A model generated the notes under the pieces. That model worked only from the letters and a program-made list of their open reading frames with translations. It had not been told where the DNA came from and searched no databases. A DNA stretch of 64,000 bases from Amoebidium appalachense (taxonomy: Eukaryota; Protista; Ichthyosporea), in NCBI GenBank assembly GCA_963693365.1, contig CAVNZM010000002.1, forward strand, positions 13,983,615 through 14,047,614, written 5' to 3'. Below are positions 13,535 to 44,103 of the stretch, in pieces. Positions within the stretch are counted from its first letter, which is position 1; each line of letters starts with the position of its first letter. The position numbers and the translations under genes are program-made.

Positions 13535-13970
13535 TTATACCGGCACACATACACAAGCACACGCACACACACGTGCATGCGCGAGCGCACACACACACGT
13601 GCACACACACACACACACCGGACACTCAGACACAACCGTAGCTCCCTTCTGGATTTCGGCCAATGATTGCAACGGGTTATAATTTAATGGTGTTAGTTGA
13701 TTGGAGGGAAAGCTCGATGCTCCCTACTAGCAAGGCTGGGGCAAGTTCCCCGGGCTGAGTCTGTATAAATAGTTAGGTTGATTAGTGGTGGATTACTAAC
13801 CTAATGGCCCAACGGAAAAAGTAGGGTACACTCGGTGCTGAGTGGAAGACGGTAGCCCCCACGAGGGTAACCTCGGGGGATGAAACGGGATAAAATAAAA
13901 ATAAAAAAATCTTGAATGCACACACACACACACACACACATACGCACGCGCGCGCGCGCACACACACACA

Positions 13971-14009
<39 letters not shown>

Positions 14010-14011
14010 CG

Positions 14012-14045
<34 letters not shown>

Positions 14046-14400
14046 ACACACAAGCACACGCGCACGTAGCACACACTCACACATACACACATACCGTGCA
14101 CACACACACAAACTGCACAAGCATACATACATGCATACATGCACACACTACACGCATACACGCACACACACACATGCACACACACATGCACATACACATG
14201 CACACACACATGCACATACACATGCACACACACACACGTGTACACACCCACACAAACATGCCCAATGAAGTATTATCAAAATCGGTGATTGAATGCCCTT
14301 TTCCCACTGTAACGTCCGGTAGGGACTGAGGTCGGTCTGGAACAGGCCGGTGTCTACTAGTGGGTTTTGTTCAGGATGGGTTACCATATTTAGAAGTGGG
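11970..14400 (+). pseudogene. Possible heavily decayed LINE copy fragmented by microsatellites
   Basis: Short colinear peptide echoes of 4999-7680: LSISPYHVPFF~LSRSSDHSPIL, TELFIVDS~TNFIVDD, PSGFRPM~ISSFRPI, CSLLARL..VPR~ACLLRL..HPR, EWKT~DWKT. Matched by eye only. Confidence 0.35.
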
Positions 14401-15723
14401 TAATGCATAATGATCACCCCACTCCCCTCCCAAGCACGTGGAAGGAGAGGCAGGCCGGAAGGCACGTTTCAGGCTCATCCCTGCTGCGGTGGGTGACAGG
14501 AGAAGGCTCTTGACGAGTGGGATGAGGGTTTGGGGGGAGGGGGGATCATAGTGAATGTGAATGGGGGGGTTTTCTGCTCGGATGTTTTTTTTCTTTTTTT
14601 TTTTTGGGGGGGGGGGGGGGGAAGTGGGGGGACCCCGGGGGGGGGGGGGGGGGGGGGGGGGGGATGACGCATATATCATCATATGGGGCGCCCGGGGGGG
14701 CCTGACCTCGCCTGTCACAGTAGCGGTTAAAATGTGTGTGGTTGGGGGGGGGGGGGGGGGGGGGAGAGGGGGAGGGGGCTTCGAGCCTGGGTTTGTGTGT
14801 GGTGGGTCACAAAAAGGGAGGGGGGAGGGGGGAGGGGGGTGTACGTGTGCAATTACTCTAGCTTGAGCACATATGGATGCACGTGTGAAGTTAGCGCATT
14901 AGCTACATGTCAAACTAGGTTTTCACGTGCAACTGGGCCAGCCCGTACACCAACCACAACTGTATCATGTGTGCACGTAGCTAGATTTGCAGTGCATCCG
15001 ATTTTGAATTCCTTGTGTCTGAACAGTATCGGAGTTAGCTGGTAGGTTAATTATGCCCTTTTAGTTTCGAGCATCACGGTTCACGACTTTAGGTTGACAC
15101 ATTCTTTGCCCCTTGGAAAGGGGGGGGGGTTTCAGGAATAACCCGTGGGTGTGGCACTACTGTACTTCGTAAGCTGACCTCCCTCTACTGGGCGGCGTGG
15201 AAAAGGGGGAGGAGGCCTAGGGGGGGAAGGGCGGGGGAGAGCGGGGGAGGGGGGGGAGGGGGGGGGGAGGGGGGGGGGGCTGAAGGAATTGGGGGAAGGG
15301 GGGAGTCGTGGGAGACGGGTGTGGGAGACGGACACTAAGGCGGAAGCGGGACCCGTAATAGTTGGAGAGGGGTGGGGGGGAGGGGGTCCCGGGCGGGCGG
15401 CGCGGGGGGGGGGGGGGGGGGGGGGGGGGGGGTAAACACAAATTTGAATACTAGTGACACGGAAACGCTACATACGCAGACGGCGCACGTACACACACAT
15501 GTGGGCCGGGCACTCAGATACCTGTCCATATACAATTGAATTCTCACGTAAGGCGGCACACACGCAGACGTGACTGTAGCAAAAGTATGTCTGATGGGGC
15601 TGGCTGGTCACGGGGTGTGTGAGGGTGTGTGTGTGTACGTGTGTGTGTGTGTGTTAGGGGGGGGGGGAGGGGGGGGGAGACGGGGAAGGGGGAAGGCAGG
15701 GCGAGGTAGGGGGCAGGAGGCCG

Positions 15724-15759
<36 letters not shown>

Positions 15760-16039
15760 GGGGGGGGGGGGGGAAGGGGGGGGGGGGTAAAAGATCTTTG
15801 GGAAGTTATCAATATGGAAATGGCATAGAAAGACTTTAGGATTCTTTCCCCAGTTGTATTGCTCCTTTTTACTTTAATACTGGGCTACTGGGGAGGGATC
15901 CCTATATGTAATCATGGAACCACTACCAATAAGTGACCTTATAATTGTAAAGGTTTAAAAGTTTCCGTACACGGACCACACTTTAACCCGTTCATACCGG
16001 CAAATTTCCCTAAGAGTCACTTCAGAAAGACAGAAACAG

Positions 16040-16232
16040 ATACAAAAGTATATGAAATATTGATATTTTCCCCAAACCAACATAAAAACGTATGTAGGCA
16101 AGACATACACGTGTCGATATTTCAAGATTTATTTGAGCCTTTTCTATCGATTTTGAGCCGCAATAGAGTTGTTTAGAGCTGTTCAGAGCTGGCCGGCTGC
16201 CGGCCAAATGAATTAGTGCCGGCCCCAAGAGG
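16040..16232 (-). mobile_element. Partial second copy of the piggyBac-type MITE (one terminus)
   Basis: The reverse complement begins CCTCTTGGGGCCGG and shares CTAAACAACTCTATTGCGGCTCAAAATCGATAGAAAA and further sequence with 38520-38700. Confidence 0.75.
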
Positions 16233-16631
16233 TTATTAATCATCAATGATTACCGAAACTAATTTACCAGGAAACATGTAGGAAGCATACCCTTTTTCCC
16301 TTTTTTTTTTTTTTTTTTTTTTTGGTGGGGGGGGGGGGGGGGGGGGGGGGGGTGTAAGGAGGGGGTGGTGGGGGGTGGTATTGAATTTGAAACCGGGGGG
16401 GAGGGTGGGGGGGGGGGGGTAGTCAGAATATAGGGGGGAAGGGGGAGGGGTGGATGATTGTATTTGGGCCTCGGGGGGGGAGGGGGGGGGGGCAGGGGGG
16501 GGGGGGGAGAGAGACATGATAGGATTTTGGGTCGGTCGGGGAGGTGAGGGGGGATGGAAGATTGAAATTTAAACCAAGTTCCTGACTACCCCCCCTCTGA
16601 TTCAATTCTATTCTCCCTTGTGTACGTGTGG

Positions 16632-16677
<46 letters not shown>

Positions 16678-17421
16678 GGGGATGGTACGGTGTTACAAGA
16701 TGCCCGAATGTGTGTGTTCTCATACGCGTGGGGAGTATAAGAATTGATAGGGGGAGGGTGGTGGTAGTCAGTGATTTTTTTTTGCGGGGGGTTGGAGTTT
16801 TGAAGAGGGTCCCTGGAAAGGGGGGGGGGAGAGGGGGGGGGGGGGAAGGCGGGGGGAGGCGTGGGGAGGTGGGGGGGAGGGGGGGGGGGGGGGGGGGGGG
16901 GGGAGGGGGAGGGAGGGGTGGGAGTGGGGTTGCAGGTTCAATATTTGGCCGGTGTTTAATAATAATGAAAAGTTTACTACGTATATATCTACATGAGGAA
17001 GGGGGGGTGTGGGGTTCGAGGTTCAAATGGGGTCCCGGGGGAGGCTGGCGGGGGGAAGGGGGGAGGGGGGACGGGGGGACGGGGGGGGGAGGCGGGGGGG
17101 GGGGGTTGTTCGAGGTTCAAACCGTTGACAGCTCAAAATTGCTAACTAGACTTAGTCCCGCCTGAGGCCTATTTCAAATTCAACAATCCCGTGGACGTCG
17201 CGCATGTGCCAATATTATTGTACGGTCACGTGCACTGATGTGTGTTTTTGATTTACGTGTGCTCACTGACATGTATGTGAGTGCCTAGGCCTGTACGTGC
17301 CACTGGACGGTATGTTTGTTACGCCGTGTGCAGTGAGTGTGTGTGTATGTGTGACGGCCCACGGTGTGTGTGTGCACGTGACGTGTGTGGATAAATGTGT
17401 GCCGGCGTGTGCCAGTGTACG

Positions 17422-17458
<37 letters not shown>

Positions 17459-17472
17459 CGTGTGTGTGTGAC

Positions 17473-17523
<51 letters not shown>

Positions 17524-17763
17524 CCGTGTCAGTGTGTGAATGGTGTGCGTGTGCGTGCCATGGTGCGTGTGCGTGCGTGCGTGCGTGCATGTATGTTTAT
17601 GAAGTGTATGTTTGTGTACGTGTGTGCGTGCCAGTCACAGTGTGGCCGGCAGTGTGTGTGTGTACATGTGTGCCGGTGTGTGTCGCAGTGTGTGTCGTGT
17701 TTGTGTGTGCCGTGTGTGTGTGTGTGTGTGCCGCGGTGTGTGTGTGTGTGTGTGTGTGTGCCT

Positions 17764-17808
<45 letters not shown>

Positions 17809-17899
17809 GTGGCCATGGTGACGTGTGCGTGTGTACGTGTCTGTGTGCATGTGTGTGCGTGTGCGTATGTGCTTGTGTGCGACGGTGTGTTTGTGTGTT

Positions 17900-17986
<87 letters not shown>

Positions 17987-18165
17987 ATGTGATTGCAGAT
18001 CTGAGACGTGCAGATGTCAGATGTCACGTGCTGATGTCATGATGCATGCGCAGCATCATGTACGTCTCATGTACGTCCCATACGTGCATGTCACATAGTA
18101 ACGTAGACCTGCTGCGGGCCGGGGGGAGGGGGGGAGAGAGGCAGGGGGAGGAGGGGGGGAGGGGG

Positions 18166-18209
<44 letters not shown>

Positions 18210-19286
18210 GAGGACGTGGACATTTTCACGTGTCTCGCGCCAAGTACTCGTGCGCCCCCGGCAACATTGAATGGAACGCAACATTGCATACCAAGTCAAA
18301 AATCGGCAATCGCGACCCTGGAATTGTTTTTCCAGAACTAACCTTTTTTAGCTCGCTGCGCCAGGGTAGGGATTACGAAAAAAAATCGTCGTAATTACAA
18401 TTAACGAGAGACTCCGATACGAATAAGGTCAGGGTACCGTCGTGACAGCTTTCGTATCAGGTGTGTAGCATTACAAACGCTTGAATATGTAAATTTCCCT
18501 ATTTTTTCAATATTTTTGTTCAAGAACAGCACATTCCCCCCCAAGAACATATCTACAGCGCTTCTCATGTGCAATATCGAGCCCCGATAAGTTTCCAGGG
18601 CTTGTAATCTTGCGGTACTCAATTTGTAAAAACACGTATTTTGAGTTTTGCGACTGGAGGGGCGTTTTAGGCGGGGCTTGCAGCTCCCCAAGAACCCACC
18701 CCGTTACGATTAAGAACTTGTGGTTACGATTGGCCAAAGGGCGAACACCAGCCCAACCCTGCGCTGCCTCGCTACCATTGGATCGGAAAACCCTATCCAA
18801 TGATATGGTTTTGTGTCACTGGGCAGTGGCACTGGGTTCAACCAATCGGGTATGGCCTGAAAATACGTCATCAGTCGAATACGATTGGACCGGGTATGGG
18901 CTAATATTCACCGATTGGTCATTATTCTAGCATGTGTTGACGAAGTAACCAATCAAATCGAATAGTCATTGAATCCGATTGAGCAATTTTGAACATCATT
19001 CTACAAGATTGACTCAGTTTTTACTTTCCCCATGTTTGAAACATGCCAAAAATGAAACGTATGGCGTGCAACTTTATTCAGTCCCTTTGCATTTCATTTA
19101 CCCATTTTCGCCCATCCAGTCGTATTCAAGAGCTCCACCTCCAAATCATTTACATGCAACACATTTCCACTAAAATTCCACCTATCAATTGATTTACGTT
19201 TACGTGCTGCACCTTTCCATCAATATCTAATTTCCTTTTACCACTCCTTTTACACGTACACACCGGGAGTCGCGCGACTCGTTCCT

Positions 19287-19505
19287 CGTTTAAATCCTTC
19301 TTTCGCCAGATGCCACATTCCCTCTCTCCCCGTTTATTCCTACTTTCGCCAAATACAACATTCCCGCCTTCCTGTTTATTCCTTCTTTCGCGATATCCAA
19401 CATTCCCTCGTTTCTGTTTATTCCCTCTTTCGCCACATATATACATATACAGCATTCCCTCTTTCCCTGTTTATTCCCCCTTTCGCCATATTCAACATTT
19501 CCACC
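19287..19505. repeat. Degenerate ~42-bp minisatellite, about 5 units
   Basis: Recurring TTTATTCC..CTTTCGCCA...ACATTCCC core, with a further partial copy at ~19570-19600. Confidence 0.75.
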
Positions 19506-19760
19506 AACAGTCATTTACACCCAACGCATTTCTGCTATTTCCACTTTTGATTCATTTCCAGACATGTAGCACGACTCGTTCCCCATTTATTCCTTCTTTT
19601 ACCGATTCAGAAGTCGACCGGATTCATACAGCCCAGCCCCGCCCCCCTCCGGACCCCCGTTACGGCGTAACGCTCCCTGCCCCCCCATCCCCGGGGCCCA
19701 GCGTCACTCAGGAACGCCCCTCCTATATCTCGTACCACACCCCGCAGCTGCTGTCTCTGA

Positions 19761-19799
<39 letters not shown>

Positions 19800-20860
19800 T
19801 CTTGATCTTGCCCAGGCCCCATGTCGTGCGCGGGCACACGTGACACACCTCGTGTCTTGCGACAGTAAACATGTACAGATATACCAGATGATCATCTGAA
19901 CAGCCCAGCTGACACCGCTTTATTTGCCCCCAAACAACCTCTATATGTGTGCTGTACATTTGCACTTACACGTATCTCGTGCCCAAAATTTGCAAGAGGT
20001 CACCACCAGTGTGACCAGATGTCATGCAGGATTATCAGGAAAGTAGGAAATTCTGAACCCGGAAACCGGTGGGGAACAAAACCGGAAATGAAGTAAAAGC
20101 GCCTACTAGCACGGAGGCGAAACACAAAAACAGTAAGTGCCGCTGTAACGGGTAAAAGCTACCAAAAACACGGCTATATCATTGTACGGACAGTGATGAA
20201 TATGTACAACAAAGCTGCCACGGTTGCTGCGGTGGGTTTCTTCGTACCGTGTTATATATCTCATGCATACTTTAAACACCACTGATTTTTTTTTAGAATC
20301 AGACAGCAACCCAACGCTTAGAAGCAGCGAAAACAAGAGAGAAAGGAAGGAAGGAAGAAATTGGCATTACCACATCGCACACTCAATCCCACGTGCATAT
20401 AAGGAGCCCATATAAATGCCACATGCTTCTCTTTACGATATATGTTGTTACCGATTTACGATTTGCAAAACGACACAGTGGAACAATATAAACACAAAAA
20501 AGTATAAACCTGATGGGCAAAGAGAAAAGGACCAAGAGAGTGTGCTGATTATTATGCGTATGTGCCTACACCTTCTCCTTTGCTCAAATGCCCCCCCCCC
20601 CTCCCCCCCTTCCTCCCCCCCCCCCCCCCCCCTTAACATACACACACACCTCCCCCTAGCACCCCCCCCCCAAAAAAAATAAAAAGAAAAATAAAATAAC
20701 AATAAAAAAGAAAATGATAAAAAATTCTGAGCACTATATATTCTACAAATCCTAATACCTTTCCGCCAAACTGGTTCATAGTTCTCATGAGAGCACGAAC
20801 GCAGAAAAAAGAAAAACCACCAGAAGGCCGTGATTAAGATGGCATGATCCATGCACAATA

Positions 20861-37919
<17,059 letters not shown>

Positions 37920-38515
37920 CTTGCCGTTCTACGCTCAACCTAATTGTCTTGTATCGTAAAGGTTGGATCCCTAAGCCATGACCTCGTCACTTCAGCAAGA
38001 ATAGCCACGCGTTTCCGGCCACTAGTGTCTGGTTGATGAGATTGGCCTGACTCAACCACGTTCTAAACGTACCAAGCTGAAATCTTGAGGGGTTACAGGT
38101 GACTAAGTGTGTGGGTGCTGTACATATAAACTTGCACAACTCTGAAGTGAGAATGCACCTAATATATCTCAACTAGGCTGTAAACATATACTTCAAACCA
38201 TGGGCCAATCTATATCTCGAAGGCACTCTCCTCTCTCCTCCAACTGAGACAAAAGACCAATGCACCAACAAGACCAACTGAGTCCTCTCAAAGTGAACGG
38301 GGACGGTGACGAAACTGCACCGTCACATTCTTTTTGGTTGTCGGGCGCTTTGATTGGTTGGCTATCCTTAATTTGGTAAGTAATACTGTGTGACCATTGG
38401 TTACTTGATATCCTCCTAGCTTGGGGCGTCCTTTTTGCGCAACTTGTGGTATAGGGGGACATGATTGCTGTTGATACGACGCTGAAGTGCATCTCGGCAC
38501 AAAGTTTTGCTTGTG

Positions 38516-39207
38516 TTAACCTCTTGAGGCCCGGACTAATTGATTTGGACGGGTCCCGACCAAGGCCTAAACAACTCTATTGCGGCTCAAAATCGATAGA
38601 AAAAGATCAAATAAATTGCATATGCCGACAGGTATGTGTCTTACCTACATACGTTACTAAGATGATTTGTGGAAAATATCTTCTATATCTACTTTCGAGA
38701 TTTTGAGAAAATCTTGTAGTTGCCATCGACTGTCGACTAGGGGTTTACACACTTTTTATTGCGTGGACACTGCCGGCCCACTGCGTTTTCCAGCGCAGCC
38801 AATCAAATGCAGCCAGTGACATATGTACATGCTAGGCAACAATGAGCGCCATCATGACACTCCTATTACATTGTCGACTAGGCCGACCAATCATGTTTTG
38901 TCATTCGAAGCCTTTTTCAGAATGGTCCAATCAGAAGATTGCATTGACCGCATTTCGATGTCGACATTGACTCGTGAAGCCGGCAAGCACCCTTTCTAGT
39001 TATACCATATACAAGGTATCGTTATTAGAGTAAAGTTCAATTTTTTTTTGCATAAGACGAAGGATAAGTGTATAATCTAATCCCGTGCTATCTTTATTTG
39101 GCTAGTTCCTATCAACTTCATGCTCACATTAGAGCACAAACTGACTCATGTCGATGTCAGTTGACTAGATGTCGATCTCGTGAAATTTGCGGTCCTCAAG
39201 AGGTTAA
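38516..39207. mobile_element. Non-autonomous piggyBac-type DNA transposon (MITE), 684 bp plus TTAA TSDs
   Basis: TTAA at 38516-19, then CCTCTTGAGGCCCG ... CGGTCCTCAAGAGG, then TTAA at 39204-07. The TIR is 14 bp with one mismatch. No transposase ORF. A second partial copy lies at ~16 kb. Confidence 0.85.
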
Positions 39208-41987
39208 CTGTTTGCGACCTACACCACCCACAGCATCAAACTTCCCAGAGTCGTTTTTTTCGTCAATTGTTCGCTAATGCTTTTGTAGCACCACTAACAA
39301 CTATACTACTTCGTTCAAACTCTGCTGGCTGGCTGCGTTGTGGTTTTGTGTTCGCCATAGCTGAGTGACACTTGGTTGCAATTGCTCGGCTGCGCCTTTA
39401 CTTCCCTTTTGCATTGTTGGGATAGAAAAATAAGAAAAACAAAAGAAAAGCTGAAAATATTGATAACGACACCCAGTACTGTCCTGATGACTTTTAGTGC
39501 AATTGACACGAATTCTGCAGCACCCTGGGCCTCTTCCACTGTGTGTGCCAACTTGGCACGTGCACGTGCACACTTGTGGGGGACTGAAGTATACCCTAAA
39601 ATGCTCTGTATATGTGTGTGTGTAATCTACGTGCAGTTGGGCGCTTTGTGTGCATCTGTGATCGCGTGCCAATGAGGTGTCACATCACTGCCAGCCTGTG
39701 TGATGGCTAGGCTGGAGAAACCACGTGCCCGAGGTGTTTTGGGTGCAGGCGTTTTGGTACACGTGGTTTATCCAGCCTGGCCATCTATATACGGGCACTG
39801 ACCCGCCGGTTGGGGAAGGTACAGAAACATGACACACTGTGACTCACGCATATGCGCACACAATGACGCACCACGTTTGCACACGCAGCGGTGCAGGTGA
39901 CAAATATTCCTGCTTCCTTTTCCAACCTCTCGTTTGTTTTTTTTTGCTGTTTGTCGCGTAAACATTCTTGAAATGCAATCTCCCCCCCCCCCCCCCCCCC
40001 CCCTCCCCCGCCACCCCCTCCCCACCCACCCACCCACCACCCCCACCCGGCCCCCCCTTTCCCTTTTTTTTTCTTCTTTTCCTATTTTTCGAGTAGGATC
40101 TGATCTAGAATTCAAGTACAGTAGTTGTCCTTCGGCGCGGCTTCAACGTGCAATTGGTATGAAGTACTCAGGACAGGCGCGGTAACCTGTTTTATTAGTG
40201 TTTGTACTTCAGCATGTTGATGTTGACTGACCACATGTTTGTTTCGTGCTGTTTCGAGTGTGCACGAACTGGGCGAGTTTTTATGGAGTACGACACACGA
40301 TCTGATTGGTCAGTCTGGTATGCGGAACTGGTATAAAAAGCGCTGTTAGAGTCTAGACTCGTCCAAAATCAGACGTGCTGTGCAGCTGTGTGCACTTCGA
40401 AACTCCTACTCTGGACTCTCAACCACTGTTCAACTACTCTCCCTCTTGCCGACGGAGTTCTGCGCCGGGCCTGCAACACCTCAAGCACGCGGGAAAGTCA
40501 TAAAGACACATTATTGTGCTTCAACTTCGTGGTCGTCACAAGAAGTGCCATGTCGCGTCTGCAGTTGAAAGTTGAGTCCCAAACTACTCAGCTCTCCATG
40601 TCTCCATGTTACTTGGTCTCAGCACCTTGCAGCTAGCAGAACACGAGGACCAACCACAGGCAAGGAATGTATGGAAGACTGCGAGGTTTGCTGCGCTCTG
40701 TTGAGTTCTGCCGCTTAAGCTGGTGTCGTGGCTTCATCCTTCGCACAGGCAGCTACTTGCCCATCAGTGCAAGTTTGCCATCCTTAGTGGGTTCTGTATT
40801 TCTGAGGGCCATCAAGTTCTCGGCAGAGGATTCCCGCCCACTGCAAGCTACGTGACGATTGGTTGTCACCCCTGGTTGCCAATGTAAACGTAAGCTGATT
40901 CTACTGCTCTTACAATGCTCTTTCTCTCTCTTATCACCATGAACGCTCTTGTCATGTGCTGAGCTGATTCGTATTAGTTTACTTCTATATTTTGTGTTTT
41001 GGTGAGTTAATTTCGGGGGTTTTCTTGCATAGTGATGCCGGGGTCTAAATGGGGTATGAGGAGATTAATCAGTGGTATGGGGAGAATCTGATGCAGCGGC
41101 GGCTGATTGTTTGGTGCGCGCGTGCATGCCCCATGCCTCTGCGTACTCTCCATGTTAAATGTTGTATTGCTTCTTGCTGTGTGCGTGGCGAGACCCATGT
41201 TGCCTGCTCGCGTGTGTGTATGCTTATATGTATTGTGAGTAAACGTGTGTACGTGTTGTAGTGCTGTAGGGGTGTCTGAGGTCGCGGTAGCCAATGGTGT
41301 GGAGTGCGTGTAGTCTGTGGGGGAGGGAGTGTTGTGATTGGCTGAATGTCACTGTGGTATTTGTCTGGCCAGTGGGCCGCGTGTCTGTGAAGTGTCTCGC
41401 GGGGTCGCGGGCTTTTGGAAGTTCTTCTCAGAACACAAAAAACTCGCTTCCCACCCAACTCAAAGAAAAGTTTATACGTATACACAGTTTCGAGCCCCTT
41501 TAAGCGTGCAGATAGTTAGAGTAGTTTGTATACACTCTGTTTGTTGCCACGACAGCTCTCTCGTCACGGCGTGCTATTTGATGTTCTCATCCATCTCCCC
41601 TCCCCTTCTCTCCGTCAGTTCCATACCGTTTCCTTACTAAAAAAAAACTGCACCAATATGTCTAGTTAGAGGCTCATGTCAGCTGTTTATAGGGTGCTTG
41701 TTTCCTCTTTAACATTTGTCTTGAAATGTTTTTAACGCCATGGCCATGCTTCAACAGGGAACCTCCGTGCTGGTCCAGCAGATGCTACTCACGGGCTAAG
41801 GCAGGCAGGCTGATGTTAGCGCCAGGTGCCACCGTGCCTCCAGATTATTAAAGTGGGTCGTTGCAAACTTACGTGGCTGTCAGCTTGGCGTGTTCATGTC
41901 CGACAAAGTTTTCTTGCCCTCTTTCCTTCAATTTCGTTGCTGTGGCTCTGTGCTGCTGCTTCCGTGTTGCTATGTCTGTCCCCACAC

Positions 41988-42748
41988 CCCCTCGGCGTAC
42001 GTCTGCTGTTCAAGGGCCGAAGGGCTGAGGATGGAGCCTGCCAGAGTATCCCGTCGTGGTGGCCCGCCGCCAGGTTTTGGGGTTGTGGGCCTTTTTTAGC
42101 CTTTGCCCACAGCGTGTGCACCTTTACCCTTTGGGTTGGTGTGCATCCTGTCGTGGCAACTGTGGTCACCTCGGTTGTCAGGTTTTGGGCAAGGGCACCT
42201 CTTTTCCTTCTACAGTTTCGTGTGTGTTTTTGTGTGTTACATTTTCTTTCTCCTACTCTTCTCTGCCTATACTCCCTCGGCGTATGTCTGCTGTCCCCAG
42301 GCCGAATGGCTGCGGGGTGGTAGGCATATCCCGTCGTGGTGGTCCAACCGCCAGGTTTGGGGATGTGGGCCTTTTTTTGCCTAAGCCCTCAGCATGTGCA
42401 CCTTTACCCTATGGTTTGGTGTGCATCCTGTCGTGGCAACAGGGGCCACCTTTTGGTGGTCTTTGTTGTCAGGTTTTTGGCAGGGGCACGTCTCCTCTTC
42501 ACTTCCTCTTGTGGCCACGGCCTCCTCTCCTCCCCCATTCCCTCGGCGTATACCTGCTCTCCCTAGCGGGGTGGCAGGCATATCCCGTCGTGGTGGCCCA
42601 CCCACCAGGTTTTGGGATTGTGGGCCCTTTTTTTTGCCTTAGCTCTCAACGTGTGCACCTTGACCCTATGGTTTGGTGTTCATCCTGTCGTGGCAACAGG
42701 GGCCACCTCTTGGTGGTCTTTGTTGTCAGGTTTTGGGCAAGGGCACTT
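41988..42748. repeat. Three tandem ~210-bp units with unique spacers and internal hairpins
   Basis: Units at ~41988-42200, 42274-42490 and 42540-42748, each CCCTCGGCGTA...ATCCCGTCGTGGTGG...TGTGCACCTT...CATCCTGTCGTGGCAAC...TGTCAGGTTTT.GGCA.GGGCAC. Confidence 0.9.
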
Positions 42749-43372
42749 CATTCTTTTTACCCTTTTGCACCTGTGTTTCATGCACTTACACCCACTCCCC
42801 ACCCACAGTGTCTTCGGTGACATTCAGAACAGGCAGGAGCTACACTCAAGGTGACAAAACCGAACAGTGCTCAAAATTCGTCTGCTTGTTCAGCAACCAG
42901 TCCGTCCACGTGTTTGCTGGAAATGTGCTCCAGAGCGCTGCCCGTGTGGCATGTCGGCCAACATAGCCTAGTGTTCAGATGATATTTACACTGTGTTGGG
43001 CCGTTACCCGGGCCCGTACAATTTGTGTATTGAGTCTGCCCAAAACAAGAATAAATGAATAAAAAACGGAGCAATAAATAAGCACAAATGATGGAAACCA
43101 AACACATTGGGTGTCGATGCACTGTCTCAGCTCTCCGGAGTGTTTAGCGAACTTGTCAATTCAACTTGTAGGAGCACCCCAAATAAACCAAACCGTGCAA
43201 TAGGTTTCTTATCCCCCCCCCCCCCCCCTCTCCCCGTGCGCACACACACACGCACACACTCCCGCTTCCCCCCTTTTGTTTGCCCTATCCGAGCCCTTCA
43301 TCCCAATTTGATCCCCAAGCCGCATGATCTTTTGAATATCATATGGTGTGTGTGTGTGTGTGTGTGTGCACG

Positions 43373-43424
<52 letters not shown>

Positions 43425-43655
43425 ACGGGGTGAGTGTGTGTGTGTGTGTGTGTGTGTGTAGTGTGACAGTGTGTGTGTGTCTGCGCGCGCCACTGTGATG
43501 ATGTATGTGTGTGTTGAGCGTGCGGCGTGTACGTTGAGCATGCGGCCGAGTGGGCAGGCATGCAGATGGACGGGCAGGCAGGCGTGCTGCAGACAGTGTA
43601 CATGTGCTCTTTTCAGGTTGCTGTGGGTTGTGGCTTGTGTGTCACAGTGTGTGTG

Positions 43656-43719
<64 letters not shown>

Positions 43720-44103
43720 GGGGGAGGGGGGGAGGGGGGGGTTCTAGCATTCATGTTAGCACGTGACTTCCCGCCCACACACCAACACCTGCTCTTCCCC
43801 TCCCCCCCCCCCCCCCTCCCCCCCCCCCCCCCCCCCCCCCCCATACCCCCTCCCCACTTATCATGAGTTGGCAATTGGAGATACGATTCAGGCAGCAGTG
43901 CCACAGACTCAAGTTGATTCGAACACTCATAGAGGCAAAGCTCGCAGCCCTTATTAGTGATGACAGAGGGAAACGAGGCTAATCCCTGCAATTCCCTTTC
44001 ATTTTGAAATGAAGAGAGAGTGCCCTTCGTAAATAACATGATTCAAGAAAGAAACCTCGGCTAAGGCTTCCTTACTCAATCTTCGAACTTGTAAATGCAC
44101 ATG

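Noticed and set aside
41988-42748. CRISPR array
   Set aside because: The repeats are ~210 bp and diverged, there are no cas genes, and the context is eukaryotic.
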